Source: Ferroglobus placidus DSM 10642 (GTDB taxonomy: Archaea > Halobacteriota > Archaeoglobi > Archaeoglobales > Archaeoglobaceae). From it: a DNA stretch of 32,000 bases. The first letter of the stretch is position 1. Each line of letters begins with the position of its first letter. The stretch lies in NCBI RefSeq assembly GCF_000025505.1, contig NC_013849.1, positions 1,770,001 to 1,802,000 of the forward strand, read 5' to 3'. This document shows, in pieces, positions 9,434 through 17,286 of this stretch. Made by a program: the position numbers and the translations under genes. The notes beneath the pieces were generated by a model, which ran no database searches, was not told the origin of the DNA, and was given only the letters and a program-made list of their open reading frames with translations.

Positions 9434-10027
9434 GTGAAAGGTATTTTGAGGGAAATTCGTTACTTTCTGGACTTCGTGCTTGCATCAATAAAAATAGCTC
9501 TCACCGGCGATCGAAGGTATTACGTATGGCTCGCGAGCTTGGTTATGCTCGTCGTTCTCGGGACTTATGCGTACGTATACCAGCTCATGCATGGTCTAAT
9601 TGTTACCGGAATGCGTGATCAAGTGAGCTGGGGGCTTTACATCTCAAACTTCACGTTCTTCGTTGGTGTTGCAGCTTCAGCAGTTCTAATCGTCGCACCC
9701 CTCTATCTCTACAACTACAGGGAATTTGAGTACATTGTCACTTTCGGAGAATTCTTGGCAGTGGCAGCTCTGATAATCGCACTTACAAACGTTTTAGCTG
9801 ATGTGGGTAGAGTAGAAAGGTTGTGGCACATGTTTCCGCTGATCGGAACTCCGAACTGGCCTGATTCGATGCTTGTTTGGGATGTCATTGTGCTGAACGG
9901 ATACCTGCTTTTGAATCTCTTGATTCCGGGATACAAACTTTACAAGAAGTACATAGGCTCAGAGCCAAGTAATTGGATAAAGTTCTTCATATTTCTTTCC
10001 ATTCCCTGGGCAGCCCTGTCAACTTAA
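9434..10027 (+). pseudogene. NrfD/PsrC-like integral membrane quinol-interacting subunit, 3'-truncated by an IS remnant
   Basis: It follows the NrfC-like gene with GAGGTGGAG before GTG 9434. Only about 198 aa (4-5 TM helices) remain, whereas the family is typically well over 300 aa. The last codons overlap the end of the IS6-type transposase reading frame (stop at 10019-10021 on the minus strand). Confidence 0.65.
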
Positions 10028-10600
10028 CCACCTCAGATGATTGTAATAGAGCATGAAGAGTTTGCAGAATAGATTCCAGTTTTTAATTGGATTTTTAGTG
10101 GAAATCGAACAGAAGAACAGCTTAACTCTCTGTTTAAATGAGCTGAACGTCGCTTCAACCAGACTTCTCTTTCCGAAAGGTTTGGTGTTCAAATTCCAAG
10201 CCTAAACTTTCTATTGCTTTTCTCAGCCATGGTGCTTTGTCTATCAAAAACTTGGGTTCGTTCTCGCAGTAATTAAGAACTTCTTTGACGAAAGACCTTG
10301 CTGTAAGAATGTTTCTCGTCGTGTTCTTCTCAGTCGAAATCGGCAGTTTTTTAAACTTCTTTATCCACTTCCACACAGCCGTATGGGAGACCGGACGAAA
10401 CTCTGAGAGAATTTTAGCCGTTCTCCTCGTCGAAGAAGTTTGAACGTAAGTGGCTACGCCAAGAATTCTAATGTCGTTCGGAACTCTTTCCCTCTCAAAC
10501 AACTCAAGCTCCTCTATAAGCTTCTTCAACTTCATCAAAATTGTCTGAATAATATTCTGGGAAGGTAAAGTTTACGGGTCTAACTTGAAGATCGATTGGC
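10005..10600 (-). mobile_element. IS6-family insertion sequence remnant (internally deleted, non-autonomous); boundaries approximate
   Basis: Contains a degenerate transposase (next feature). The left end GGGCAGCCCTGTCAAC (about 10006-10021) resembles IS6/IS26-type terminal repeats (GGCAC TGTTGCAAA). I could not find a matching right inverted repeat by eye. Confidence 0.55.
10019..10538 (-). pseudogene. IS6-family transposase, internally deleted (DDE core missing) and frameshifted
   Basis: ORF 10155..10538 has an N-terminal HTH (TRRTAKILSEFRPVSHTAVWKWIKKF). It then jumps directly to the C-terminal IS6 block TRNILTARSFVKEVL...FLIDKAPWLRKAIESLGLEFEHQTF. After a frameshift near 10170-10185 the next frame reads FGKRSLVEATFSSFKQRVKLFF...LFMLYYNHLRW to a stop at 10019. 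Confidence 0.6.
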
Positions 10601-10630
10601 TTTTATACTTTCGTTTACAACACACGAAAC

Positions 10631-10843
10631 ATGAAAACTATAACAATATCGGATGAAGTCTACGAGAAGCTCGTTAGGATCAAGGGAAAGAAGAGTTTCA
10701 GTGCCATCATAGATGAGCTGATAAAAAGAAATGTAGAGAAAAGGATTGAAATGTTAATTAAATCCGCCGAGAAGACGGGATATGAGGATGAACTAGAGAA
10801 AATCTCCAAGGAAATAAGAAAGAGCTTCAGGGTGAGAATTTGA
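10631..10843 (+). CDS. vapB: VapB-type antitoxin (small archaeal UPF0330-like family)
   Basis: 70 aa, MKTITISDEVYEKLVRIKGKKSFSAIIDELI. It overlaps the downstream PIN-domain gene by 4 nt. Confidence 0.75.
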   Translation: MKTITISDEVYEKLVRIKGKKSFSAIIDELIKRNVEKRIEMLIKSAEKTGYEDELEKISKEIRKSFRVRI

Positions 10844-11256
10844 ATCTCATACTCGATACGTCGTTCCTAATCGAGCTTAAAAAGGGTAATAAAAAAGCTG
10901 TAGAAGCTTTAAATGAGCGAAAAGAAGATTGCGAAGATATAGTTGTCAGCACGCTAACTGTCTACGAGCTACTCGTAGGAGCTAACTACATCTGGAAAAA
11001 GCACGGTAATGCAAAAGAGATGATGATAATCAGCGACATGCTGAAGGCTCTAACAGTTGTTCCAGTCGATTTAGATGTTGTAAAAAGAGCATCCGAGGTA
11101 AAAGCTGAACTGATTCTTAGAGGTATTGACGTTCCAGACTTGGACATTCTGATAGCTTGCAGTACCGACGGGGAAATTTTAACATTTGATAAAGACTTCA
11201 ATCCGTTAAAGGAATTGGGGTTTAAGATTTCGTTTTTAGGTGATGAGGATGAATGA
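10840..11256 (+). CDS. vapC: VapC PIN-domain ribonuclease toxin
   Basis: Contains LILDTSFLIEL (first acidic residue), TVYELLVGA, and DLDILIACS...TFDKDF. The only available start is TTG at 10840, overlapping the vapB stop (ATTTGA). Confidence 0.8.
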   Translation: MNLILDTSFLIELKKGNKKAVEALNERKEDCEDIVVSTLTVYELLVGANYIWKKHGNAKEMMIISDMLKALTVVPVDLDVVKRASEVKAELILRGIDVPDLDILIACSTDGEILTFDKDFNPLKELGFKISFLGDEDE

Positions 11257-12708
11257 ATTTCCGATAAAAAAGGACTTTCATAGAGGAGACTTTCCTAGTT
11301 AAAGAGGTTAGCGAGAAGTCTGCGAGGGAGAAGAACATAAGGCACGGTCACATTTCGACTTTGCACATCTGGTGGGCGAGGCGACCTTTAGCTGCTTCGA
11401 GGGCAACAGCCTATGCTGCTTTAATTCCAGCTCCAGAGGATGTCGAAGAGGCTGAGAAGGTAAAGCAGTTTATAGCCGAGCTTTGCAAATGGGAAAATTC
11501 GCTGAACCCAACATACGTCGAGAAAGCGAGAGAGGACATCAGAAAGGCTCTGGGTTATACACCAAGAGTTCTCGATCCTTTCGCTGGTGGTGGTGCAATT
11601 CCTTTAGAGGCTTTGAGGTTGGGCTGTGAAGTTTACGCTTCGGACTACAATCCAGTTGCGGTTTTGATTCTGAAGGCTGTTTTGGAGTATCCGCAGAAGT
11701 ATGGTAAAAAGCTAGTCGAAGATGTCAAGAAGTGGGGAGAGTGGGTTCTTGAGGAGGCGAAGAAGGAGATTGGAAGGTTTTACCCAAACGATGTGATTGA
11801 GCAGAAGGGATACTTCGGCGAGAGTGGGGAAGAGTATATTCCCGTTGGCTACATCTGGGCGAGAACTATTCCATGCCAGAACCCAGCTTGCGGAGCTGAA
11901 ATTCCCTTAATGAGGCAGTTCTGGTTAGCGAAGAAGAGCAACAAGAAAGTTGCTCTTTATCCTTACGTTGAGGGTAAGGAAGTGAGGTTCAAGGTTGTTG
12001 GAGATGGTTATGAAAAGATGCCGGCTGGATTCGACCCGTCTAAGGGAACTGTGAAGGGTGCAATTGCAACATGTCTTGTCTGCGGTTCGACAGTTGATGC
12101 CAAGACAACGAGAAGACTGTTTCAGGAAGGCAAAGCAGGAGAGAGGATGGTTGCTGTCGTTTTGCATCATCCCAAAAAGAAGGGGAAGTTTTACAGGGTG
12201 GCGAATGAGAAAGACATGGAGGTTTTCAGGCAGGCTGAGGAGTACTTGGCTGAGAAGATTGAGGAGCTGAGAAAGAAGTGGGGGATTGAGCCTGTTCCTG
12301 ATGAACCTTTAAGGAGAGTGCCAGTACCTTTTGGAGTCATAAACGTTTGGGTTTATGGCATGAAAACATGGGGCGATTTGTTCAATTCAAGGCAAAAGCT
12401 TGCATTGATTACGTTTGTGGATAAGGTTAGGGAGGCTTACCGCAAGATGGTTGAGGAAGGCAATGAGGGGGTATGCGAGGGCCGTTGTGACGTATTTGGG
12501 GTTGAATTTCGATATTTTCGCCACCTACAGTTGCTCTCTTGCAAGATATAGAGGTGACACCGAGTCGATAGAAAGAATCTTTGATAGACAAGCTCTTCAA
12601 ATGGTTTGGGATTATGGTGAGGTTAATCCATTCGGAAAATCAAGAGGGGACTGGTTAGAAATTATCAGTTTTAGCATAAGGGTCATTGAAGGCAATTCGA
12701 AAATCTAA
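11253..12708 (+). pseudogene. DUF1156-type (COG1743) Zn-ribbon DNA methylase, N-terminal ~480 codons only, with three lesions
   Basis: Has the signature REKNIRHGHISTLHIWWARRPLAASRA and a Zn-ribbon CQNPACGAE...CLVCGS. Lesion 1: ATG 11253 is in frame but codon 5 is TAA (11265-11267). Lesion 2: a frameshift in the G5 run 12467-12471 joins ORF 11361..12551 to ORF 12415..12708 (..EEGNEG|YARAVVTYLGLNFD..QALQMVWDYGEVNPFG). Lesion 3: homology stops at 12708, before any catalytic methyltransferase motifs. Confidence 0.8.
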
Positions 12709-13648
12709 CAATCTTCTCTAGTCTCAATCTCAAAGGTGGATGTGTTTTGGGTAAGGGTCTGTTAAAAATAATCTGGGGGTTGAGGTAAACAATGACAGAC
12801 TTTATTATTTCCCTGAAAAGTGCTTTGTAAGATACTCCCTCGACTAATAAGTTACCTGAAAATTCAACATTCTTTAAAAAAGACTCATAGCCTCTCAAAT
12901 TGTTGTAAATATGCAATTTAACAAGTGCCATTGCAGTTGGCTTAAATCCTACCATCTGCGTTGCATAAACGTCCGCCTCGTGCTCGTTTATCCAGCTTGA
13001 AATCATGAATGAAATGGCATACATTGGCAAAAATGCTACGAATGTCAAAGATAAGCTAATTTTCAGAGAAATATTAATATTCGAAAATAGAATTAACTGA
13101 GTTATAGCTATAATAAACGACGCTAACACGAGCCACAAACCACGCATGATTACCGTTGTAACGAACCAGAATTTGTTTTTAGAGTGCCCAATCTCATGAT
13201 AAATAATAGCTTCTCTTTCTTTCTCCGATAAAACTTCAAAAAGACTCTTGGTAATGTGTATATCCCTTTTCCTCGGATTAAACCACGCATTGTAAATTTT
13301 ATTAGCGTCATAGCATAGAATAATCGGAATCCCATTAATTTCGCTAATTTTCTCCGTATTCATGCATTTGAATTCTGAATATTCCCACCAGATTAGGAGG
13401 GTGATTAACAAAAAGAAAATAAAATACGCCATGACTGTAATAAGTAGGTTTGAACTAATCGCTGATAAAATCACACCTGTTAAAATCGAAAGAACCAGTA
13501 ACACAATAAAAAACTGCAAAAGAGTTAACAGTGACTTTCCCTTTTTGAGATATCCCACATATGTCAGAATAAGCGAAATGCAAAATAGGAGAGTCATCAA
13601 TAAAATTCCAAACAACAAATTTGTGACCAGAAAACTGGTGATATTCAT
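12683..13648 (-). CDS. M48-family (HtpX/Ste24-like) membrane zinc metalloprotease
   Basis: Has HExxH in AIIYHEIGHSK, a downstream NEHEADVYA (third ligand region) and a C-terminal KTHPPLRLRLEKI. There are 4 or more TM helices. The gene is very AT-rich. Confidence 0.75.
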   Translation of the reverse strand: MNITSFLVTNLLFGILLMTLLFCISLILTYVGYLKKGKSLLTLLQFFIVLLVLSILTGVILSAISSNLLITVMAYFIFFLLITLLIWWEYSEFKCMNTEKISEINGIPIILCYDANKIYNAWFNPRKRDIHITKSLFEVLSEKEREAIIYHEIGHSKNKFWFVTTVIMRGLWLVLASFIIAITQLILFSNINISLKISLSLTFVAFLPMYAISFMISSWINEHEADVYATQMVGFKPTAMALVKLHIYNNLRGYESFLKNVEFSGNLLVEGVSYKALFREIIKSVIVYLNPQIIFNRPLPKTHPPLRLRLEKIVRFSNCLQ

Positions 13649-13755
13649 ATGCTCTAGTTACTGTCATTTTCTTAAAAATTTTTGGCATACTTATCAAGAT
13701 TTAAGGATTTCTAACCCCACCAACAAGTCAATCTCATTTAAAGAAACAGAAACAA

Positions 13756-13771
13756 AAGATATTAATATCTT
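13756..13771. promoter_or_regulatory. Perfect 16-nt palindrome AAGATATTAATATCTT in the divergent intergenic spacer
   Basis: Read directly from the sequence; all 8 pairs are complementary. It is flanked by the near-direct repeats TTAAAGAAACA / TTAAAGAACA. Its function (operator?) is inferred only. Confidence 0.35.
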
Positions 13772-13848
13772 AAAGAACATTTAACAGTATGTTTGAGCAA
13801 GCAATTAAGACAGTAGAATTTTTAACCAAATAATCAGGTTGCCAAAAT

Positions 13849-14013
13849 ATGATATTCGGCTTCATCGTCCTTGCATTGCTCTATCCAATTTTGAAACAAA
13901 TGGCTCCAGACCCACAAACTCAGAGCTTTCTGCTCACTGTTTTAGCTGTGGCGATCATTTCACTTTCACTAATCAGTATTGCCTCAGAGGATGCTCGTGC
14001 AATCATAATTTAG
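13849..14013 (+). CDS. Candidate 54-aa two-TM peptide (below the ORF-track cutoff)
   Basis: ATG 13849 to TAG 14011-14013 encodes MIFGFIVLALLYPILKQMAPDPQTQSFLLTVLAVAIISLSLISIASEDARAIII: two hydrophobic helices joined by a Pro/Gln loop. It competes with the TTG-started Cys-rich ORF 13839..14078 in another frame. No clear Shine-Dalgarno. Confidence 0.3.
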   Translation: MIFGFIVLALLYPILKQMAPDPQTQSFLLTVLAVAIISLSLISIASEDARAIII

Positions 14014-14135
14014 TTGCTCATACCTTTGCATTCTTCAGAATCTTAACAATTCTCAGCACTAACACCGCCAAGTTTTAAAAGTTTAAATGACTATAAACAA
14101 ACAGACAATCAGAAAATGAAAAAGGGAGATGAAGT

Positions 14136-14876
14136 ATGACTTTACACAAATCGCTGGAAGCCAACATAAGAAAAATCACTCCTAAAGAGTTGCTGGGGCG
14201 AAAGCTTAACGATTTTGAGAGGAGATACGCTCCAAAGGAGCTTTACATTGCAGGTTCGATGAAGATACCTCTCCCAGAGCCGAGGGTGGCTGTAATTGGA
14301 ACAAGAAAACCATCGCCTAAGGGAATCGAGGCTGCATCAAAAATTACGAAGGTTCTTGTTGAGCACGGTGTTGTGGTCGTAAGCGGTCTCGCAAGGGGAA
14401 TTGACACCGTTGCACACAAAACAGCAATTGAAAATGGCGGAAAAACAATCGCTGTGTTGGGGACTCCTCTCAACAAATTTTATCCTGCGGAAAACAAACC
14501 TCTGCAGGAGCTAATCATGAAAGAGCATTTGGCTATCAGCCAGTATCCCATCGGATACATCACCAAGCCGAAACACTTCGTTCTCAGGAACCGAACTATG
14601 GCTTTGATATCCAACGCAAGCATCATTGTTGAGGCAGGGGAAAGCAGTGGGGTGATTTCTCAGGGTTGGGAGACTTTGAGACTTGGCAGACCACTCTTTT
14701 TCTGGAAATCACTTGTGGAAAAGGACTTTAAATGGGTCAGAGAAATGATGAAGTATGGGGCTTGCGTTCTTCAAAATGTCAATGATTTGAAGCGTGCCAT
14801 TCGTGAGATGCTCCCTCCTCCTGCAGAAATTCCAAAATCAGAGTTAAGGGTTGTAGACCTCAGTAGTTTTCTATAG
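14136..14876 (+). CDS. DprA/Smf-like Rossmann (SLOG superfamily) protein, stand-alone core domain
   Basis: RVAVIGTRKPSPKGIEAASKITKVLVEHGVVVVSGLARGIDTVAHKTAIENGGKTIAVLGTPLNKFYPAENKPL...FVLRNRTMALISNASIIVEAGESSGV matches the DprA core (GxARGID..AH, GG.TIAVLG, RNR, SG). It lacks the bacterial SAM and winged-helix extensions. GGGAGATGA lies before the ATG. Confidence 0.8.
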   Translation: MTLHKSLEANIRKITPKELLGRKLNDFERRYAPKELYIAGSMKIPLPEPRVAVIGTRKPSPKGIEAASKITKVLVEHGVVVVSGLARGIDTVAHKTAIENGGKTIAVLGTPLNKFYPAENKPLQELIMKEHLAISQYPIGYITKPKHFVLRNRTMALISNASIIVEAGESSGVISQGWETLRLGRPLFFWKSLVEKDFKWVREMMKYGACVLQNVNDLKRAIREMLPPPAEIPKSELRVVDLSSFL

Positions 14877-14881
14877 GATTT

Positions 14882-15601
14882 ATGAACGTAGAAGAAATTT
14901 TAAAAAAGCTCGAATTTTGCTCAATGTTCTCCTATTGCCCCAAGGACGATTCTGAAGAAGGGTCGTTTGCGAAGAAGGTTATGAGCTGGATAAAAAATGA
15001 TACCGTTGTAGCAGTCAAAAAACCAGTAGTTAGAGAAGGTAAGACGAAAATGATTCAGCAAGAAATGCCTATGTCCTGTTATGTGGCTGAGCAATTGAAA
15101 ATTTTGGTCGACAAAGGTTATTTCTCAGACTTCTTCCCTAAAGATGTGATTTTAGTCCCCATGCCTCGATCATCACCAATTAAGAAGGGACAACTTTGGC
15201 CAGCATATCAGATAGCAAAAGCGATGGAAGACGAAGGATTAGGAGTTGTTGAGCCACTAATCCAAAGAGTGTCCCCTATCCAAAAGTCATCTTATGCTCC
15301 ACCAAACAAAAGACCAAAACCTGCAGACCACTTTAACAGCATGAGAGTTAGCCAGATTGTGGATTTGGATTGTAACCATGTTTTGCTTGTCGACGACATC
15401 GTAACCAGAGGACACACATTCATGGGTGCAGCTTGGAGAATTAAGGTTGCATACCCCGAAGCTGAAATAAAAGCATTTGCAGCAATGCAAACAATCAGCG
15501 ATAAATCAAAATTTAAGAGATACTTCTATCCGGCAAAAGGAACAATAAATTATTGGCCAAATTCCGGAACCTGCAGACGCGATTGGGAACCTATTAGATA
15601 A
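14882..15601 (+). CDS. ComF/GntX-like phosphoribosyltransferase-fold protein
   Basis: Has the PRPP-binding loop HVLLVDDIVTRGHTF, and the upstream VILVPMPRSS...WPAYQIAKAM resembles ComF-type PRTases. It starts 5 nt after the DprA-like stop, so the two form an operon. Confidence 0.75.
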   Translation: MNVEEILKKLEFCSMFSYCPKDDSEEGSFAKKVMSWIKNDTVVAVKKPVVREGKTKMIQQEMPMSCYVAEQLKILVDKGYFSDFFPKDVILVPMPRSSPIKKGQLWPAYQIAKAMEDEGLGVVEPLIQRVSPIQKSSYAPPNKRPKPADHFNSMRVSQIVDLDCNHVLLVDDIVTRGHTFMGAAWRIKVAYPEAEIKAFAAMQTISDKSKFKRYFYPAKGTINYWPNSGTCRRDWEPIR

Positions 15602-15750
15602 ATCTAAATTAGATGATGGCTAAAATAGGAAATCAGGAAATATGTAAAAATCTAAGTTTTTGCTGGATGCAAACATTGGCTTCAAGCACAGAGGTGATTA
15701 GATCTTTTGGTTAGTTCAAGATAGTTTGAAAACTCATGCACCAAAACAAG

Positions 15751-16863
15751 TTACTCATACTTATGCAACCTCACCACAACTTTATCTCCATCTTCCAAAT
15801 CCCAACCATTCACCTCCAGAATACCTACAAAATTGCCATCAAATGACTTAGCCATTATAACGTAATCTCCATAATTTCTCAGCACAGTTTGATATTTTCC
15901 ACTCTCATCTGTCTCGCCTCTTTCAATCAGAGGGTCATACCAGTTTTTCAATGCGAAAATCTCTACTTCAGCATTTTTTGCTGGTCTATCGTTTGCTTCA
16001 CCTGCAGCAGGGTCGATTATCGCAACAATCGTGATATTCACGGCTTTAAATCCGTGTTTAGCAAGAACAGAAGTTCCAGTTTCATCTTCTCTCAGATTGT
16101 ATAAATTTTCGTAAACATTTCTTTTATTCTTTTTTAGATATTCAGCGTATGATTCTGCTTTCACAGGATAACTGGGTGTTGTAAAAATCCCGTCGAAAAC
16201 CCACCAACTTCCATTCCAGTAAATTTCTGGGAAAGCGTGGTCGAATCCTTCCATGTTGACCTTTCTTGTTTCCAGTCCAGTAACATCTCGTAAAAAGGTT
16301 TTAATCGCAATGGCAAATTCGCCGCAATTTCCCTTTTTCTGCAGAACTATTAATTTTTCGTATCCATCAAACCAGACAAGGTATGCTGCAAATAGTGGTG
16401 TGAATCCGAGGTAAAATCCTGAATCTCTCGTTATAATTCTGTTGGGCAGAGTTTCATCGCTTCCGTAAGTCCCTTCAAATTCATCCCTGTATGCTACAAC
16501 AACCGCCCAGGAAGAGTCCATTTTACTTTTCTCTTTGAGATTTTCTTTGAAAAACTGTGCGTACTCGTTTACGGTACCACGATACTCAAACTCCACAGCA
16601 ACAAGCATTGTAATTTGAGAAAGAAACCAGAAAATTATGAACAAAGCCATTATTTGCTTTGTCAATCTCTTCAAGCTCCTCACAGATTTTTGAAACTTAT
16701 ATGCGAAAACTGCCAGTGAAAGAATTAGGGAGATTAGCAGTGGATAAATCGTTATAACTTCAATTAACGGATAAATTACAGACAAGACTGGAAACTCGAC
16801 GAAAACGATAAACACGATAATTGACAAAGATGGCAATAAGCTCTTCCTACCTTCAATGCTCAT
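15751..16863 (-). CDS. Membrane-anchored transglutaminase-like (papain-fold) protein with a C-terminal beta-sandwich
   Basis: Has N-terminal TM helices. A Cys-His-Asp triad is suggested by KKGNCGEFA, GFDHAFPEIY and WWVFDG. The C-terminal AEVEIF...ETDESGKY is carboxypeptidase-regulatory-like. Confidence 0.65.
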   Translation of the reverse strand: MSIEGRKSLLPSLSIIVFIVFVEFPVLSVIYPLIEVITIYPLLISLILSLAVFAYKFQKSVRSLKRLTKQIMALFIIFWFLSQITMLVAVEFEYRGTVNEYAQFFKENLKEKSKMDSSWAVVVAYRDEFEGTYGSDETLPNRIITRDSGFYLGFTPLFAAYLVWFDGYEKLIVLQKKGNCGEFAIAIKTFLRDVTGLETRKVNMEGFDHAFPEIYWNGSWWVFDGIFTTPSYPVKAESYAEYLKKNKRNVYENLYNLREDETGTSVLAKHGFKAVNITIVAIIDPAAGEANDRPAKNAEVEIFALKNWYDPLIERGETDESGKYQTVLRNYGDYVIMAKSFDGNFVGILEVNGWDLEDGDKVVVRLHKYE

Positions 16864-16914
16864 GTAAAAAATTTAAGAAGCAAAAAATATTAACTTTGCA
16901 CTGATAAAACAAAC

Positions 16915-17286
16915 ATGGAACCCAATCCAAAAATCTCAAAAATCATCGAAACCATCAAATCCCATCCCAACGTAATTGCAATCTACCTCTTTGGATCTCA
17001 CGCTAAAGGAGAAACCACTCCGCTATCAGACATCGACATTGCAGTAATCCTCGAAAACCCAACTCCGGAAAGCGAAGCGGACATCGGAAGCTTATCATCT
17101 CCAGAAATAGATGTCGTCCTTTTCCACCGCCTACCTTTGCACATAAAATACGAAGTCTTCAAATACGGAAAGGAGATATTCGTTCGAGACGAGGAAAAGC
17201 TCTTGGAGATTAAGCTAAAGGTTATGAGAGAATACCTCGATACGGTTAGAATGTATAAAATGATATCATCAGAGGTGCTCGGATGA
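16915..17286 (+). CDS. MNT-type nucleotidyltransferase (antitoxin of HEPN/MNT modules)
   Basis: Has the LFGSHAKGETTPLSDIDIAV minimal NTase motif (GS...DxD). Confidence 0.8.
   Translation: MEPNPKISKIIETIKSHPNVIAIYLFGSHAKGETTPLSDIDIAVILENPTPESEADIGSLSSPEIDVVLFHRLPLHIKYEVFKYGKEIFVRDEEKLLEIKLKVMREYLDTVRMYKMISSEVLG

Noticed and set aside
10530-10630. Right-hand inverted repeat and target-site duplication of the IS6 remnant.
   Set aside because: Comparing the reverse complement of 10530-10630 with 9990-10060 gave only short, scattered matches (TTCCC, CAA-TT). The right boundary cannot be defined from this window alone.
12415-12708. ORF 12415..12708 as an independent 97-aa gene.
   Set aside because: From YARAVVTYLGLNFD onward it continues the DUF1156 methylase after the G5-run frameshift, so it is part of the pseudogene.
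13839-14078. 79-aa Cys-rich ORF (CFSCGDH...CLRGCSCNH) as a zinc-finger protein.
   Set aside because: It has a TTG start, no recognisable family and irregular Cys spacing, and it overlaps the more protein-like 2-TM mini-ORF. It is kept only as an alternative in the spacer finding.
15601-15613. Small palindrome ATCTAA-A-TTAGAT at the PRTase stop codon, as a terminator.
   Set aside because: The arms are only 6 bp in AT-rich sequence with no following T-tract of note, so this is likely chance.
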